DNA from: an uncultured Actinomycetes bacterium | GTDB taxonomy: Bacteria; Actinomycetota; UBA4738; JBBDTT01 | NCBI GenBank assembly: GCA_963742735.1 | Contig: CAVUMN010000003.1 | Coordinates: 307,317-371,316 of the forward strand | Reading direction: 5' to 3' | DNA: 64,000 nt | Shown: piece after piece, positions 11,545 to 21,311 of the stretch | Layout of the letters: every line of letters starts with the position of its first letter | Numbering within the stretch: position 1 is the first letter of the stretch | Translations under genes and position numbers: made by a program | The notes under the pieces: model-generated | Told to the model about the DNA's origin: nothing | Seen by the model: the letters and a program-made list of their open reading frames with translations, nothing else | The model's database searches: none

Positions 11545-12168
11545 CTACGGCTCGGTTCCGTACAGGCGGTCCCCGAAGTCGCCGAGCCCTGGCAGGATGT
11601 AGCCGACGTCGTTGAGCTCCCGGTCGAGCCCCGCGGCGAACACACGAACGTCGGGGTGGTCCCGTTCCAAACGGGCGACCCCTTCGGGGGCGGCCACCAC
11701 GCAGATCAGTCTGACCTCGGCCGGCCCCTGGCCCTTGATGCTCGCGATCGCGCGGGCGGCGGACCCCCCGGTCGCGAGCATGGGGTCCAGGAGCAGGACC
11801 CGCTTCCCCGCCACCGGCGGGAGCTTCTCGTAGTACGAGGCGGGCTCCAGCGTGGCGTGATCCCGCTCGAGGCCGATGTAGCCGACGGAGACCTCGGGCA
11901 GAAGGTCCACCACGGCCTCGAGCATCCCCAGGCCGGCCCGCAGGATCGGCACCGCGACCAGGTCGTCCGGCATCGCCGCGCCCGGCGTGCGCTCCAGCGG
12001 CGTCTCGACCTCGCGCGCGACGGCGGGCACGTCCCGCACCGCCTCCAGGAGCAGCGCGAACGCGAGCCGTTTGGTCAGCGAGCGGAACTGCGCCGGCGGC
12101 GTCCCTCGGTCCCGCAGCTCCGTGAGCAGATGGGTGACCAGGGGGTGATCGACGAGCGTGAACGGCAT
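11545..12168 (-). CDS. upp: uracil phosphoribosyltransferase
   Basis: MPFTLVDHPLVTHLLTELRD...VLLLDPMLATGGSA...YILPGLGDFGDRLYGT canonical Upp; abuts upstream permease stop. Confidence 0.93.
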   Translation of the reverse strand: MPFTLVDHPLVTHLLTELRDRGTPPAQFRSLTKRLAFALLLEAVRDVPAVAREVETPLERTPGAAMPDDLVAVPILRAGLGMLEAVVDLLPEVSVGYIGLERDHATLEPASYYEKLPPVAGKRVLLLDPMLATGGSAARAIASIKGQGPAEVRLICVVAAPEGVARLERDHPDVRVFAAGLDRELNDVGYILPGLGDFGDRLYGTEP

Positions 12169-13113
12169 CTAGAGGGTCCCGCCCCCGCCCTCGTAGGCCT
12201 TGCCGGCGGCGGCCGGTGGCTGGACCCGCCCGACGAACCCGGCGATGGCGATGATCGTCACGACGTAGGGGATCATTCGGATGAACTGCTCGGGGAGCAG
12301 TGAGATCACCGGCGCGTCGTTCAGTCGCAGCGGGATGGCCTGGGCGAAGCCGAACAGGATGGCGCCCAGCATCAGCCTCCACGGCTTCCAGTTGCCGAGG
12401 ATCAGCGCCGCCAGGGCGATGAACCCGAGCCCCTGCGTCTGGCCCTCCTGGAACGACTGGTTGACCTCGATCGCCATGAAGGCGCCGGCCAGTCCGGCGA
12501 GGGTTCCCGAGATCGCGACGCCCGCGTACCGCAACGGCGCGACGCGCACGCCCAGCGTCCGCGCGGCGTCCGGGTTCTCACCGGCGGATCGGAGCCTCAG
12601 GCCGAACCGTGTGCGGTTCAACACCAGGATCGCCGGCACCGTGATGACGACGGCGAGCAGCACCACCGGGGACATGCCCTGGAACGCCCGCCCGAGGCCG
12701 AGTGGGAGCGACTCGAGCAGGGGCAGGTCGATCGGCGAGAAGCCGGGGATGCCCGCGTCCGACTGGGTCGGCTGTCCGAAGAAGAGCTGCGCGAGGAATC
12801 TGGCCAGCCCGAGCGCGACCAGGTTGATCACGACACCGGAGACGATGTGATCGACGCGGAACGTGACCGTGGCCAGGGCGTGCAAGAGCGAAAACACCAA
12901 CCCCGCCGCCGCGCCGGCCAGCAACCCGACGACCGGGCCCTGCTCGATCGTCCCCCACGCGCCCACGACCGTCCCCACGATGATCAGGCCCTCCAGCCCG
13001 ATGTTCACGATCCCGGAACGTTCGCTGAACAGGCCCCCGAGCCCGGCGAGGAAGATGATCGTGAAGTAGTTGAGCGCGATCGCGAACGCGGCCCCGAGGT
13101 CGAACAGGGGCAT
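12169..13113 (-). CDS. ABC transporter permease (BMP/nucleoside-type, second permease)
   Basis: Start ATG overlaps stop of upstream permease (TGATG); multi-TM protein; gene length 945 nt from ORF arithmetic. Confidence 0.85.
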   Translation of the reverse strand: MPLFDLGAAFAIALNYFTIIFLAGLGGLFSERSGIVNIGLEGLIIVGTVVGAWGTIEQGPVVGLLAGAAAGLVFSLLHALATVTFRVDHIVSGVVINLVALGLARFLAQLFFGQPTQSDAGIPGFSPIDLPLLESLPLGLGRAFQGMSPVVLLAVVITVPAILVLNRTRFGLRLRSAGENPDAARTLGVRVAPLRYAGVAISGTLAGLAGAFMAIEVNQSFQEGQTQGLGFIALAALILGNWKPWRLMLGAILFGFAQAIPLRLNDAPVISLLPEQFIRMIPYVVTIIAIAGFVGRVQPPAAAGKAYEGGGGTL

Positions 13114-14273
13114 CAGGCGACCTCTCCGGTGGGCGCCTCGGCCGCGGCCCCCGCCGTCCCGAAGGCCCGCTGGCGGCGCCGGGCGATCACTCGCCGTGAG
13201 GCCTCGTACGCCACGATGACGGAGAGGATCAGCAGCCCCTGGAGGATGATGATGATCTCGCGGGGGACCTCGGTCAGGATCTGGATGCCTTCCTCCCCCC
13301 GCGCGAGCATCCCGAACAGGATCGCCGCGAGCGGGATCCCCGCGGGGTGGTTCCGGCCCAGGAACGCGACGCCGATCCCCGCGAACCCGAGGTCGCTCTC
13401 GTAGTTCTGGCCGAGGTACCCGCGGACGCCGAGCAGGTGTTGCATCCCGACCAGGCCGGCCAGCGCGCCGGAGATCAGGAAGACCTTGAGCTGGGTTGCC
13501 CCGACGGACACGCCGCCCGCCTCCGCCGACCCGCTCGACGAGCCCACGGCCCGCACCTCGTACCCAAGGCGCGTCCGGTACAGGAACACCCACACCAGGA
13601 AGCAGGCCACCAGTGCCAGCGGGAACAGCCACGTCAGGTGGACCGAAGGCGGGATCGCATCCTCCAGCCCCAGAGAGGGAGCGAGGTCGGGGACCAGGGC
13701 CTTGTCGGAGAACACGTCCGAGCGGAGGTCGATCAGCCCTGGGCGGCCGGTCCGGAGGTGATTGAGGAGCGCCCACGCGATCAGGCTCACGGCGATGCCG
13801 TTCATCATGATCGTGGTGACGACCTCGTGAGCCCCGGTCTTGACCTTGAGGATCCCTGGGATCGCCGCCCAGATCATCGCCCCGAGCATCGACGCCACCA
13901 GGATCACGGGAAGCAGCACGACGGCCGGAAGGAAGTCCAGCATCAGGGCGGCGGACGTCCCGGTCATCATCCCGACGATGTACTGACCCTCCACCCCGAT
14001 GTTGAACATGCCGGCCTTGAACGCGACCGCGACGGCGAGCGCCGAGAAGATGAGCGGCGTCGCGTTGACCAGCACCCGCGCGAAGTCCTGCGGCCGCGAC
14101 GTCCCGAACCGCCACACCGTCTCGTATACGCGAAGGGGGCTCTCGCCGTACGCGATGATGATCACCGCGCCGACCAGCCCCGCGAAGCCGATCGCTCCGA
14201 GCAGCGCGACGAGCTGCAGGGGAAGGGCGTCCAGCCAGGGCGGCCGGCCCCGTTCCACGACCTCTGCCGCCAT
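13113..14273 (-). CDS. ABC transporter permease (BMP/nucleoside-type, first permease)
   Basis: Multi-TM; follows ATPase with start/stop overlap. Confidence 0.85.
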   Translation of the reverse strand: MAAEVVERGRPPWLDALPLQLVALLGAIGFAGLVGAVIIIAYGESPLRVYETVWRFGTSRPQDFARVLVNATPLIFSALAVAVAFKAGMFNIGVEGQYIVGMMTGTSAALMLDFLPAVVLLPVILVASMLGAMIWAAIPGILKVKTGAHEVVTTIMMNGIAVSLIAWALLNHLRTGRPGLIDLRSDVFSDKALVPDLAPSLGLEDAIPPSVHLTWLFPLALVACFLVWVFLYRTRLGYEVRAVGSSSGSAEAGGVSVGATQLKVFLISGALAGLVGMQHLLGVRGYLGQNYESDLGFAGIGVAFLGRNHPAGIPLAAILFGMLARGEEGIQILTEVPREIIIILQGLLILSVIVAYEASRRVIARRRQRAFGTAGAAAEAPTGEVA

Positions 14274-15799
14274 CAGCCCGCCTCGGCCCTGCGGCGTCCG
14301 CCGGTCATGCCGATGCCGACCTGCTCGGGCGGGGCGTTGGGAGGATATTCACCGGTGAGCCGCCCCTCGTAGATGGTCAGGATTCGGTCGGACAGCGCGT
14401 AGATCTCGTCCAGCTCGGCCGAGATCAGCAGCACGGCGCGGCCGGCGGCCTTCTGGGCGAGGATCTGCCTCCAGACGAACTCGATCGCGCCGACGTCCAG
14501 TCCCCGCGTCGGCTGGTGGGCGACGACGAGCTGGGGGTCGCCGTCGAGCTCCCGGGCCAGGATCAGCTTCTGCTGGTTGCCCCCGGAGAGCGTCGCGGCC
14601 TCGACGCCGATGCTTCGAGTCCGAACGTCGAAGGCCTTCACCAGCCTGGTGGCGAGCTCCTTGATCCTGCGGATCGCCAGCAGCCCCCATCTGCCGGAGT
14701 ACTCGGGGCGCGACTGTCGCCCCAGTACCGCGTTCTCCCACAGAGACATCGACAGCACCAGGCCGCGGTCGTGACGGTCCTCGGGGATGTAGCCGACGCC
14801 CTGCTTGCGCATCTGGGCCACCGGGAGGTCGGTGACGTTCCTCCCGTTCAGCACGACCCGCCCGCCCCCGGACCTGCGCAGCCCGACGAGGACCTCGGCC
14901 AGCTCCCGCTGGCCGTTCCCCTCCACCCCCGCGATGCCGACGATCTCGCCGGCGCCGACCTCGAACGAGACGTCCCACAGGGCGTCACCGAGGGTGAGCT
15001 CCTGCACCTCCAGCGTGGGCCGGCCGACCTCGACGTCGGGCTTCTCGAGTCGGAACAACACCGGCCGGCCCACCATCATCTCGGCGAGCTGCTCCTTCGT
15101 CGTCTCGGCCGGGGTCGTCTCTCCGACCACCCGGCCCCGACGCAGGACGGTGATCCGGTCGGCGATCTCCAGGACCTCGTCCAGCTTGTGGCTGATGAAC
15201 ACGACCGTTTTCCCGCTGTCGCGCAGGTCGCGCAGGTTGCGGAACAGATCCCTCGCCTCCGCCGGGGTGAGCACGGCCGTGGGCTCGTCGAGGATCAGCA
15301 CGTCCACCCCCCGGTACAGGGCCTTCAGGATCTCCACCCGCTGCTCCTGTCCGACGGAGAGGTCCTCGACCCGCGCGTCGGGATCGACGCGGAAGCCGTA
15401 GCTCTCGGCGAGGCGGGTCACGCGCTGGGAGGCCTCGTCCACGTCGAGCAGCAGACCGCCCTCCGCGCCGAGGATGATGTTCTCGGTGACCGTGAACCGG
15501 TCCACCAGGACGAAGTGCTGGTGGACCATCCCGATCCCGAGCGCGATCGCGGCGCGCGGCGAGCCGATGCGGGCCTCGGTCCCTCGGATGAGGACGCGTC
15601 CGCCGTCGGGTGGGTACAGCCCGTAGAGGACCCGCATGAGCGTGGACTTGCCGGCGCCGTTCTCGCCGACCAGGGCGTGAATCTCCCCGACTCCCAGGGT
15701 CAGGTCCACGGCGTCGTTAGCCAGCACACCCGGGAAGCGCTTGGTGATCGCCTCGAGAACGACGAGCGGGGCGTCGTCGCGCCCCGCTCGCTCGTCCAT
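14273..15799 (-). CDS. ABC transporter ATP-binding protein with duplicated NBD (sugar/nucleoside type)
   Basis: Two Walker A motifs (GENGAGKST; second NBD), LSGGNQQK signature. Confidence 0.9.
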   Translation of the reverse strand: MDERAGRDDAPLVVLEAITKRFPGVLANDAVDLTLGVGEIHALVGENGAGKSTLMRVLYGLYPPDGGRVLIRGTEARIGSPRAAIALGIGMVHQHFVLVDRFTVTENIILGAEGGLLLDVDEASQRVTRLAESYGFRVDPDARVEDLSVGQEQRVEILKALYRGVDVLILDEPTAVLTPAEARDLFRNLRDLRDSGKTVVFISHKLDEVLEIADRITVLRRGRVVGETTPAETTKEQLAEMMVGRPVLFRLEKPDVEVGRPTLEVQELTLGDALWDVSFEVGAGEIVGIAGVEGNGQRELAEVLVGLRRSGGGRVVLNGRNVTDLPVAQMRKQGVGYIPEDRHDRGLVLSMSLWENAVLGRQSRPEYSGRWGLLAIRRIKELATRLVKAFDVRTRSIGVEAATLSGGNQQKLILARELDGDPQLVVAHQPTRGLDVGAIEFVWRQILAQKAAGRAVLLISAELDEIYALSDRILTIYEGRLTGEYPPNAPPEQVGIGMTGGRRRAEAG

Positions 15800-15821
15800 G
15801 GCTCTCCGCCTCTCGCCGGGT

Positions 15822-16922
15822 CTAGACGTCCTCCGGCTTCTCCGGGACCGTGATCTCTCCGTCGATGATCTGCTGCTTGAACTCGTCGAGGCGGGCGACG
15901 ATGTCGTCGGTCAGTTGGTCGGGGTTGCTCCTCGCGTAGTCGATGCCTCCCTCGGCCATCCCGAACGACCTCGAGCCGGGCTCGAACTCGCCCGCCGCCG
16001 TCTCCACGATGATGTCGTGGACCGCCGTGTCCACCCGCTTGATCATCGAGGTGAGGATGTGCGGCTGCTGCTCGGCGCTCGCGGTGAGGTACTGATCCTT
16101 GTCGACCCCGATCGCCAGCGCGTCCTCGCCCTGGTTGACGACCGACTGGAACAGGCCGGCCCCGGAGTCGCCGGCCGCGTGATACACGACGTCGGCGCCG
16201 TCGTCGTACATCTTGTCGGCCAGTGCCTTGCCCTTCGTCGGGTCGTTGAACGCGGTCGTGCTGTCGCCGATGTACTCCGTGAGCACGTCGATGTTGATGT
16301 TGATCTCCTGGACGCCGGCCTTGAACCCGGCCTCGAACTTCTCGATCAGGCCGGTGCCGCGCTGGCCGCCGAGGAACCCGACCACGCGCGACTGTGTCTT
16401 CAGCGCCGCCGCCACGCCCACGAGGAAGGAACCTTCGTGCTCCTTGAACGCGAGGTCCACGACGTTGCCGGACTCGGCGACCTCCGGCAGGCCGCAGAAC
16501 TGTCCGCAGGTGGCGAAGCCGTCGATCACCGCGAACTTCGTGTCCGGGTAGTCGCCGGCGATCTCCGCGACGCCGGGGGAGAACGCGAACCCGATGGCGA
16601 GCACCAGGTCGAAGCCCTGATCCGCCAGGTTCACGACGTTGGCGTCGCGATTGGATCCGGTCGAGTTCGGCTCCAGGGTCTCCAGGGTCGCCTCAGAGAT
16701 CAGCCCTTCCTCGATGGTCGCCTGCGCTCCGTCCATGGCCGCGTCGTTGAACGACTTGTCACCCAGGCCGCCGATGTCGAACGCGATCCCCACGGTGAGA
16801 TCGCTGGACGCCGTCGGTTCGCCGGGGCCGCCATCCGGCTGCGTCGGATCGCCGCCTCCGCACGCCGCGGTGACCAGGGCGACCAGCGCGACGATGGCCA
16901 AGAACCTGAGCTGTCGAAGCAT
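15822..16922 (-). CDS. BMP-family ABC transporter substrate-binding lipoprotein (nucleoside-binding, PnrA-like)
   Basis: Lipoprotein signal MLRQLRFLAIVALVALVTAAC; BMP family periplasmic domain. Confidence 0.85.
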   Translation of the reverse strand: MLRQLRFLAIVALVALVTAACGGGDPTQPDGGPGEPTASSDLTVGIAFDIGGLGDKSFNDAAMDGAQATIEEGLISEATLETLEPNSTGSNRDANVVNLADQGFDLVLAIGFAFSPGVAEIAGDYPDTKFAVIDGFATCGQFCGLPEVAESGNVVDLAFKEHEGSFLVGVAAALKTQSRVVGFLGGQRGTGLIEKFEAGFKAGVQEININIDVLTEYIGDSTTAFNDPTKGKALADKMYDDGADVVYHAAGDSGAGLFQSVVNQGEDALAIGVDKDQYLTASAEQQPHILTSMIKRVDTAVHDIIVETAAGEFEPGSRSFGMAEGGIDYARSNPDQLTDDIVARLDEFKQQIIDGEITVPEKPEDV

Positions 16923-16953
16923 GGGTGCTTCCCCCTCTCCGCGGCCGACCGTT

Positions 16954-16972
16954 CGTGGACGGGCCGTCCACG
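16954..16972. promoter_or_regulatory. perfect palindrome CGTGGACGGgCCGTCCACG upstream of BMP/upp operon (candidate operator)
   Basis: 9-bp perfect inverted arms about 30 nt upstream of substrate-binding protein start codon (minus strand). Confidence 0.35.
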
Positions 16973-17052
16973 GGATTCTCGATCCGCGGCCGATGGTCCG
17001 TCAAAGCCGGGGGGTTGCAAACCGCCCCGGGGTGCCCCACAATCGCTCGACC

Positions 17053-17109
17053 ATGAGGCGGCAGCTGTTTACCTACCGGTGGTATTTCGCGGGGCACAGC
17101 CCGGCGTAG
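17053..17109 (+). CDS. putative aromatic-rich leader peptide MRRQLFTYRWYFAGHSPA upstream of DAHP synthase
   Basis: 18 codons containing F,Y,W,Y,F; followed by intrinsic terminator and then aroG-type gene. Confidence 0.45.
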   Translation: MRRQLFTYRWYFAGHSPA

Positions 17110-17134
17110 TCCTTCGGTAGCCGCCAAACACAAG

Positions 17135-17163
17135 GACCCCGGGCAGCGGCCCCGGGGTTTTTC
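17135..17163 (+). terminator. intrinsic terminator/attenuator hairpin ACCCCGGGcagcggCCCCGGGG + TTTTT
   Basis: 8-bp GC stem, 6-nt loop, 5 T run; located 40 nt upstream of DAHP synthase start with no upstream plus-strand gene except the leader ORF. Confidence 0.5.
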
Positions 17164-17205
17164 TCACTCCGGCGCCGTCACCCGCAGAATGGAGAGGTGG
17201 TGTCG

Positions 17206-18279
17206 ATGGTGGTCGTGATGAAGACCTCGGCGACCCAGGCCGAGATCGATCAGGTCGTCGAACGCGTACGCGACGCCGGCGGCGAGGCCTTCATCTCGCC
17301 GGGCGAGCATCGAACGATCATCGGGCTCGTCGGGGACACCACTCGCTTCATGGAGCTGCCCCTCTCCCAGCTCCCGGGAGTCGAGAACGTCATCCGAGTC
17401 GGGCGCCCGTACAAGCTGGTGGCCCGCGAGCTGCACCCCGAACCCAGCGTGGTCAAGGTCGGCTCGCATCCGATCGACCGGCGAACGATCACGATCATCG
17501 CCGGCCCGTGCGCGGTCGAGAGCGAGCAGCAGGCGGTGGAGGCGGCCCACATGGCCAAACGGGCCGGCGCGCACCTGCTGCGCGGCGGGGCCTACAAGCC
17601 GCGGACCTCTCCCTACTCGTTCCAGGGGCTCGCGAAGCAGGGCCTGGAGATCCTCGCCGCCTGCCGCGAGGAGACCGGCCTGCCCGTGGTCACCGAGGTC
17701 CTGGAGCCCCGAGACGTGGACCTGGTGTCCAGCCTGGCGGACGCGCTGCAGATCGGCGCCCGGAACATGCAGAACTTCTCGCTGCTCAAGGAGGTGGGCA
17801 AGGCCCACGTCCCCGTGATCCTCAAGCGGGGGTTGTCCGCCACGATCGAGGAGTGGCTCATGGCCGCGGAGTACGTGGCGCGCGAGGGCAACATGGACAT
17901 CGTCCTGTGCGAGCGGGGCATCCGGACCTTCGAGACGGCCACGCGGAACACCCTCGACCTGGCCGGCATGGCCGTGGCCCGCGAGGCGACGCACCTGCCG
18001 GTGATCGTCGACCCCTCGCATGCCACGGGGGTACGTGAGCTGGTGGGGCCGATGTCCCGGGCCGCCATCGCGGCCGGCGCCGACGGCATCATGGTGGAGA
18101 TCCACCCCCATCCCGAGGCGGCGCTGTCCGACGGGCCCCAGGCCCTCACGGGGGACGACCTCGACCGATTGGTGGACGAGCTCGCCGCCCTCGGCGCGAG
18201 CCTGGGCAGGCCGGTGCCCGGCTATCAGCGCGACGCGGGCTCGACGCCGTCGATGGGCTGGGGCAGCCCGAAGCGGTAG
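17206..18279 (+). CDS. aroF: 3-deoxy-7-phosphoheptulonate (DAHP) synthase, type I-beta with N-terminal regulatory domain
   Basis: KPRTSPYSFQGL...IGARNMQNF...VDPSHATG motifs of DAHPS/KDO8PS family; RBS GGAGAGGTGG; alt GTG start 17197. Confidence 0.9.
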   Translation: MVVVMKTSATQAEIDQVVERVRDAGGEAFISPGEHRTIIGLVGDTTRFMELPLSQLPGVENVIRVGRPYKLVARELHPEPSVVKVGSHPIDRRTITIIAGPCAVESEQQAVEAAHMAKRAGAHLLRGGAYKPRTSPYSFQGLAKQGLEILAACREETGLPVVTEVLEPRDVDLVSSLADALQIGARNMQNFSLLKEVGKAHVPVILKRGLSATIEEWLMAAEYVAREGNMDIVLCERGIRTFETATRNTLDLAGMAVAREATHLPVIVDPSHATGVRELVGPMSRAAIAAGADGIMVEIHPHPEAALSDGPQALTGDDLDRLVDELAALGASLGRPVPGYQRDAGSTPSMGWGSPKR

Positions 18280-18288
18280 ACCGCCGGA

Positions 18289-19071
18289 TCAGACGGCCGG
18301 GATCAGCTCCCCGATCACGCAGCCGGCCTGCTTCCACTTCGTGATGTTCTCCCCGGGCGAACCGAAGCGGCTGCGCCGGCGATCGACCAGGGTCGCGGCG
18401 AGCTGGTCGAACTCGGGGCTGTCGGGCTGGATCACGCGCACGGCGGCCATGAACCGTGTCAGGGCGGTGTCCTTGCCCTTCTCGCGCCGGATGATCACCA
18501 CGACCTCGTTCGAGTCGGGGATCCCGGGGATGAACTGCTCCCCGGCGTTGCGATCGGGGTCGGACAGGACGTAGATCCGGCCGTTGCGGTACACGAACCA
18601 CGACGGCGCCGCGACGTCGCGTCCCTCGTGGATCACGCCGATCCACGCCACGTCCGTCGCCTTGATCGCCTTCTCGATCTCGGGCGGGAGCTTGTCGCGG
18701 GGAGCCTGCAGGACGACCTCGAACTCGACCTGGGCGATCAGGGCGCCGTTGATGGTGAACGACGCCAGGTGGATGCCGCCCATCTCGAAGTGGGCGTCCG
18801 CGATCAGGTCGTCCAGCCGGGTGACGTCCATCTCGCCCACCATCTTCCGGACCTCCGGCCCGACCGTGTGCACCGTGTCGCCGCTGGGGTCGACGAAGTC
18901 GACCTTCTCGTGCACCAGCCCCTGCGGAGCCTTGTAGTGGCGAACCAGGTGGAACGGAAGGGCGAGACCGGGCAGGGCCACGCAGTACACGCCGTTGGGC
19001 CCCGAGTCGTCCTCCGGATCGCGGACGCGGGCGTCGATCAGGGCGGCGTGGATCAGCTCGGCCGGCTGCAT
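18289..19071 (-). CDS. hypothetical protein (260 aa)
   Basis: ORF arithmetic places Met (MQPAELIHAAL) at 19071; long upstream extension in ORF track is GC-rich read-through without support. Confidence 0.5.
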   Translation of the reverse strand: MQPAELIHAALIDARVRDPEDDSGPNGVYCVALPGLALPFHLVRHYKAPQGLVHEKVDFVDPSGDTVHTVGPEVRKMVGEMDVTRLDDLIADAHFEMGGIHLASFTINGALIAQVEFEVVLQAPRDKLPPEIEKAIKATDVAWIGVIHEGRDVAAPSWFVYRNGRIYVLSDPDRNAGEQFIPGIPDSNEVVVIIRREKGKDTALTRFMAAVRVIQPDSPEFDQLAATLVDRRRSRFGSPGENITKWKQAGCVIGELIPAV

Positions 19072-19103
19072 CGCGCGAATGCTAGCCGAACCGCGTGCGG
19101 GCC

Positions 19104-20285
19104 TCAGGCGATGCGCGCCAGCCAGAGCGTGGGCTCCTCGAGCTCGGGCATGGACGGAAGGTTCTCGGCGACGTCCCACATCCGGGAGAGGAGGGACTCG
19201 TCCGCGCGCTCGGCCACCGTGTCGGCGAAGGCCCGCCCCAGCCGGTACTGCTCGGGAGTCGTCTCGATCCCCAGCATCTGTTCGACCAGCCGGGTCTCTC
19301 CGGCCTCGCCCTCGCCCCGGCGGCGCAGGGCCTCGGTGATCTGTCCGAAGGTGGTGAGCATGCGGCCTCCCACGCCCTCGAGCACGTGGTCCGCGTACCC
19401 CTCGGCGACCGCGAGGAACGCCTGGACGCGGGCCAGGAGCAGCCGTCCCTCGTCGGTCAGGACGCGCGCCACCAGCTCGCCCGGGTTGCCGAACGCGTCG
19501 CCGAGCCGCTCGGGGTCGGACAGGTCCAGCCCGGCCAGCCGCTCCTCCAGCCCGGCCAGGTCCAGCTCGCTGCTCTCGGTGAAGTCGCGGACCAGGCCCT
19601 GGAAGTGGTCGCGGACCCACGGCCGCGCGAACTCGAAGCGGTGGGCGGCCTCGTGGATCGCGACCCAGGCGCGGAACTCCTTCGGATCCAGGCTCCACTC
19701 CCGCTCGGTGTCGGCGAGGTTCGGCACGACGAACGCCAGGGTCCCGGAGTCGCGCGGGATGGCGACGTCGAACTGGCCGAGGACGCGCTGGCCGAGGTAG
19801 CCGAGGACCGTGCCCATCTGGGCGCCCAGCAACAGGGGAGCCATCCGGTCCATGAGCACCTCGAGCATGGGGGCCTCGGTCGCGGTGTCCTGCTCGCGGA
19901 GCTCGCCCAGCGAGCGGGCGAGCTTCGAGGCCACCGGCTCGACCAGGTCCCGCAGGCTGTTGATGTTCGACTCGACCCAGGTGGCGCGCCGGTCGCACCG
20001 GACGTTCGCGACGCCGGGGACTTCCATGCCCGTGAACCGCGCGATCTCGAGCTCGGCCGCGCGAACCACGTCCTCGAGCGCGCTTCGGTCCTCGGGGGTC
20101 GGAGGGGGGTCCTCCTTGTTCCAGGAGGCCGTGGCGATCCCGACCTGCCGGGCCAGCTCCCAGTTGACGGGGCCGGTCCCGGACAGCAGCACCCTCTGGA
20201 GCTCACGGAACAGCGGAACGTCGCCCAGGATGTCCCCGATCGGGGTGTCGGGAGGGAGCTCGCGGGGATCGTCCATCGAGGCCAT
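19104..20285 (-). CDS. zincin-like metalloprotease (DUF2342 family, HExxH)
   Basis: VAIHEAAHRFEF HExxH motif; start MASMDDP computed at 20285. Confidence 0.7.
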   Translation of the reverse strand: MASMDDPRELPPDTPIGDILGDVPLFRELQRVLLSGTGPVNWELARQVGIATASWNKEDPPPTPEDRSALEDVVRAAELEIARFTGMEVPGVANVRCDRRATWVESNINSLRDLVEPVASKLARSLGELREQDTATEAPMLEVLMDRMAPLLLGAQMGTVLGYLGQRVLGQFDVAIPRDSGTLAFVVPNLADTEREWSLDPKEFRAWVAIHEAAHRFEFARPWVRDHFQGLVRDFTESSELDLAGLEERLAGLDLSDPERLGDAFGNPGELVARVLTDEGRLLLARVQAFLAVAEGYADHVLEGVGGRMLTTFGQITEALRRRGEGEAGETRLVEQMLGIETTPEQYRLGRAFADTVAERADESLLSRMWDVAENLPSMPELEEPTLWLARIA

Positions 20286-20386
20286 TGTAGGGTCGGCCCC
20301 CGATAAGCCATGGCCGAGATTCGAGAGCCCTCCGAGCAGGACGTCGATGCCCCGATCGCCCTCAAGGACGCGGCGACGGTGTACGT

Positions 20387-21289
20387 GTGAGGGTCCTCGA
20401 CGCCCTCCGGGAGGGGTTCGCGGGACGGATCCTGCAGGACGACGATTCCCGCGAGCGCTACGCACGCGATCAGAGCGTGTTCCGGGTTCCGCCGCACGCC
20501 GTGGCCGTCGCGACGAGCGAGGAGGACGTCGGCGCCGCCGTCCGTGCCTGTCGAGAGACGGCAACGCCGCTGACGGTCCGCTCCGGCGGGACCGGGCTGG
20601 CCGGAGGCTCGATCGGAACCGGCCTGGTCCTGGACGTCTCCGCGCTTCCCGCGCGCGTCCAGGTCGAGGACGACGGACGCCGGGTCCTGGCGAGCGCGTC
20701 GGTGACCGTCGACGACGTCAACGCCGCGCTCGAGCCGTACGGGCGGCGGCTGGGCCCCGACCTCACGTCCTCCGCGGACGCCCGCATCGGGGGGATCGTC
20801 GGCACGAACGCGTGCGGGGCGGGCTCGAACCGCTTCGGCCGGACGGCGGACGGCCTGCTCTCGCTCGACGTGGTCGCCGGGACCGGGGAGCGCCGGGTGC
20901 TCGTGGCGGACGCGGCCGAGCCGCCACCGGGAGGCTTCCGTCGCGCGCCCTCCGGCTACGCCGCGACGGACGGAGGCGCCCGGTCGTGGTGCGGTTCCGA
21001 GGGGACGCTCGGGGTGGTCCTGTCGGCGCGCCTGCGGACGTGGCCGAGGCGACCCTCGGCCGTCGGCGTGCTCGCGTTCGACGCCCCTCGCGAGGCCGCC
21101 GAGGCGGTTCCCGCGCTGCTGGCGGGCGAACCGGTGGCCGTGGAGCTGATGGATCGCCTGGCCCTGCGTTCGCGATGGGCGGGCGACCCCGCCGGGCTGT
21201 TGATCGTCGAGACCGAAGGCGAGCACGCGCGACGAGGCACTCGCGGCGCTGGGGGAGCTGGCCGATCCGGACCGGATCGTCGTCGGTGA
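20387..21289 (+). CDS. FAD-binding oxidoreductase (GlcD/FAD-linked oxidase family), N-terminal FAD-binding PCMH part; apparent frameshift at about 21210
   Basis: TPLTVRSGGTGLAGGS FAD-binding motif; frame switches to that of 21312..21782 which continues the C-terminal domain. Confidence 0.6.
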   Translation: MRVLDALREGFAGRILQDDDSRERYARDQSVFRVPPHAVAVATSEEDVGAAVRACRETATPLTVRSGGTGLAGGSIGTGLVLDVSALPARVQVEDDGRRVLASASVTVDDVNAALEPYGRRLGPDLTSSADARIGGIVGTNACGAGSNRFGRTADGLLSLDVVAGTGERRVLVADAAEPPPGGFRRAPSGYAATDGGARSWCGSEGTLGVVLSARLRTWPRRPSAVGVLAFDAPREAAEAVPALLAGEPVAVELMDRLALRSRWAGDPAGLLIVETEGEHARRGTRGAGGAGRSGPDRRR

Positions 21290-21311
21290 CGACGCCTCCG
21301 CCGAGCGGACG

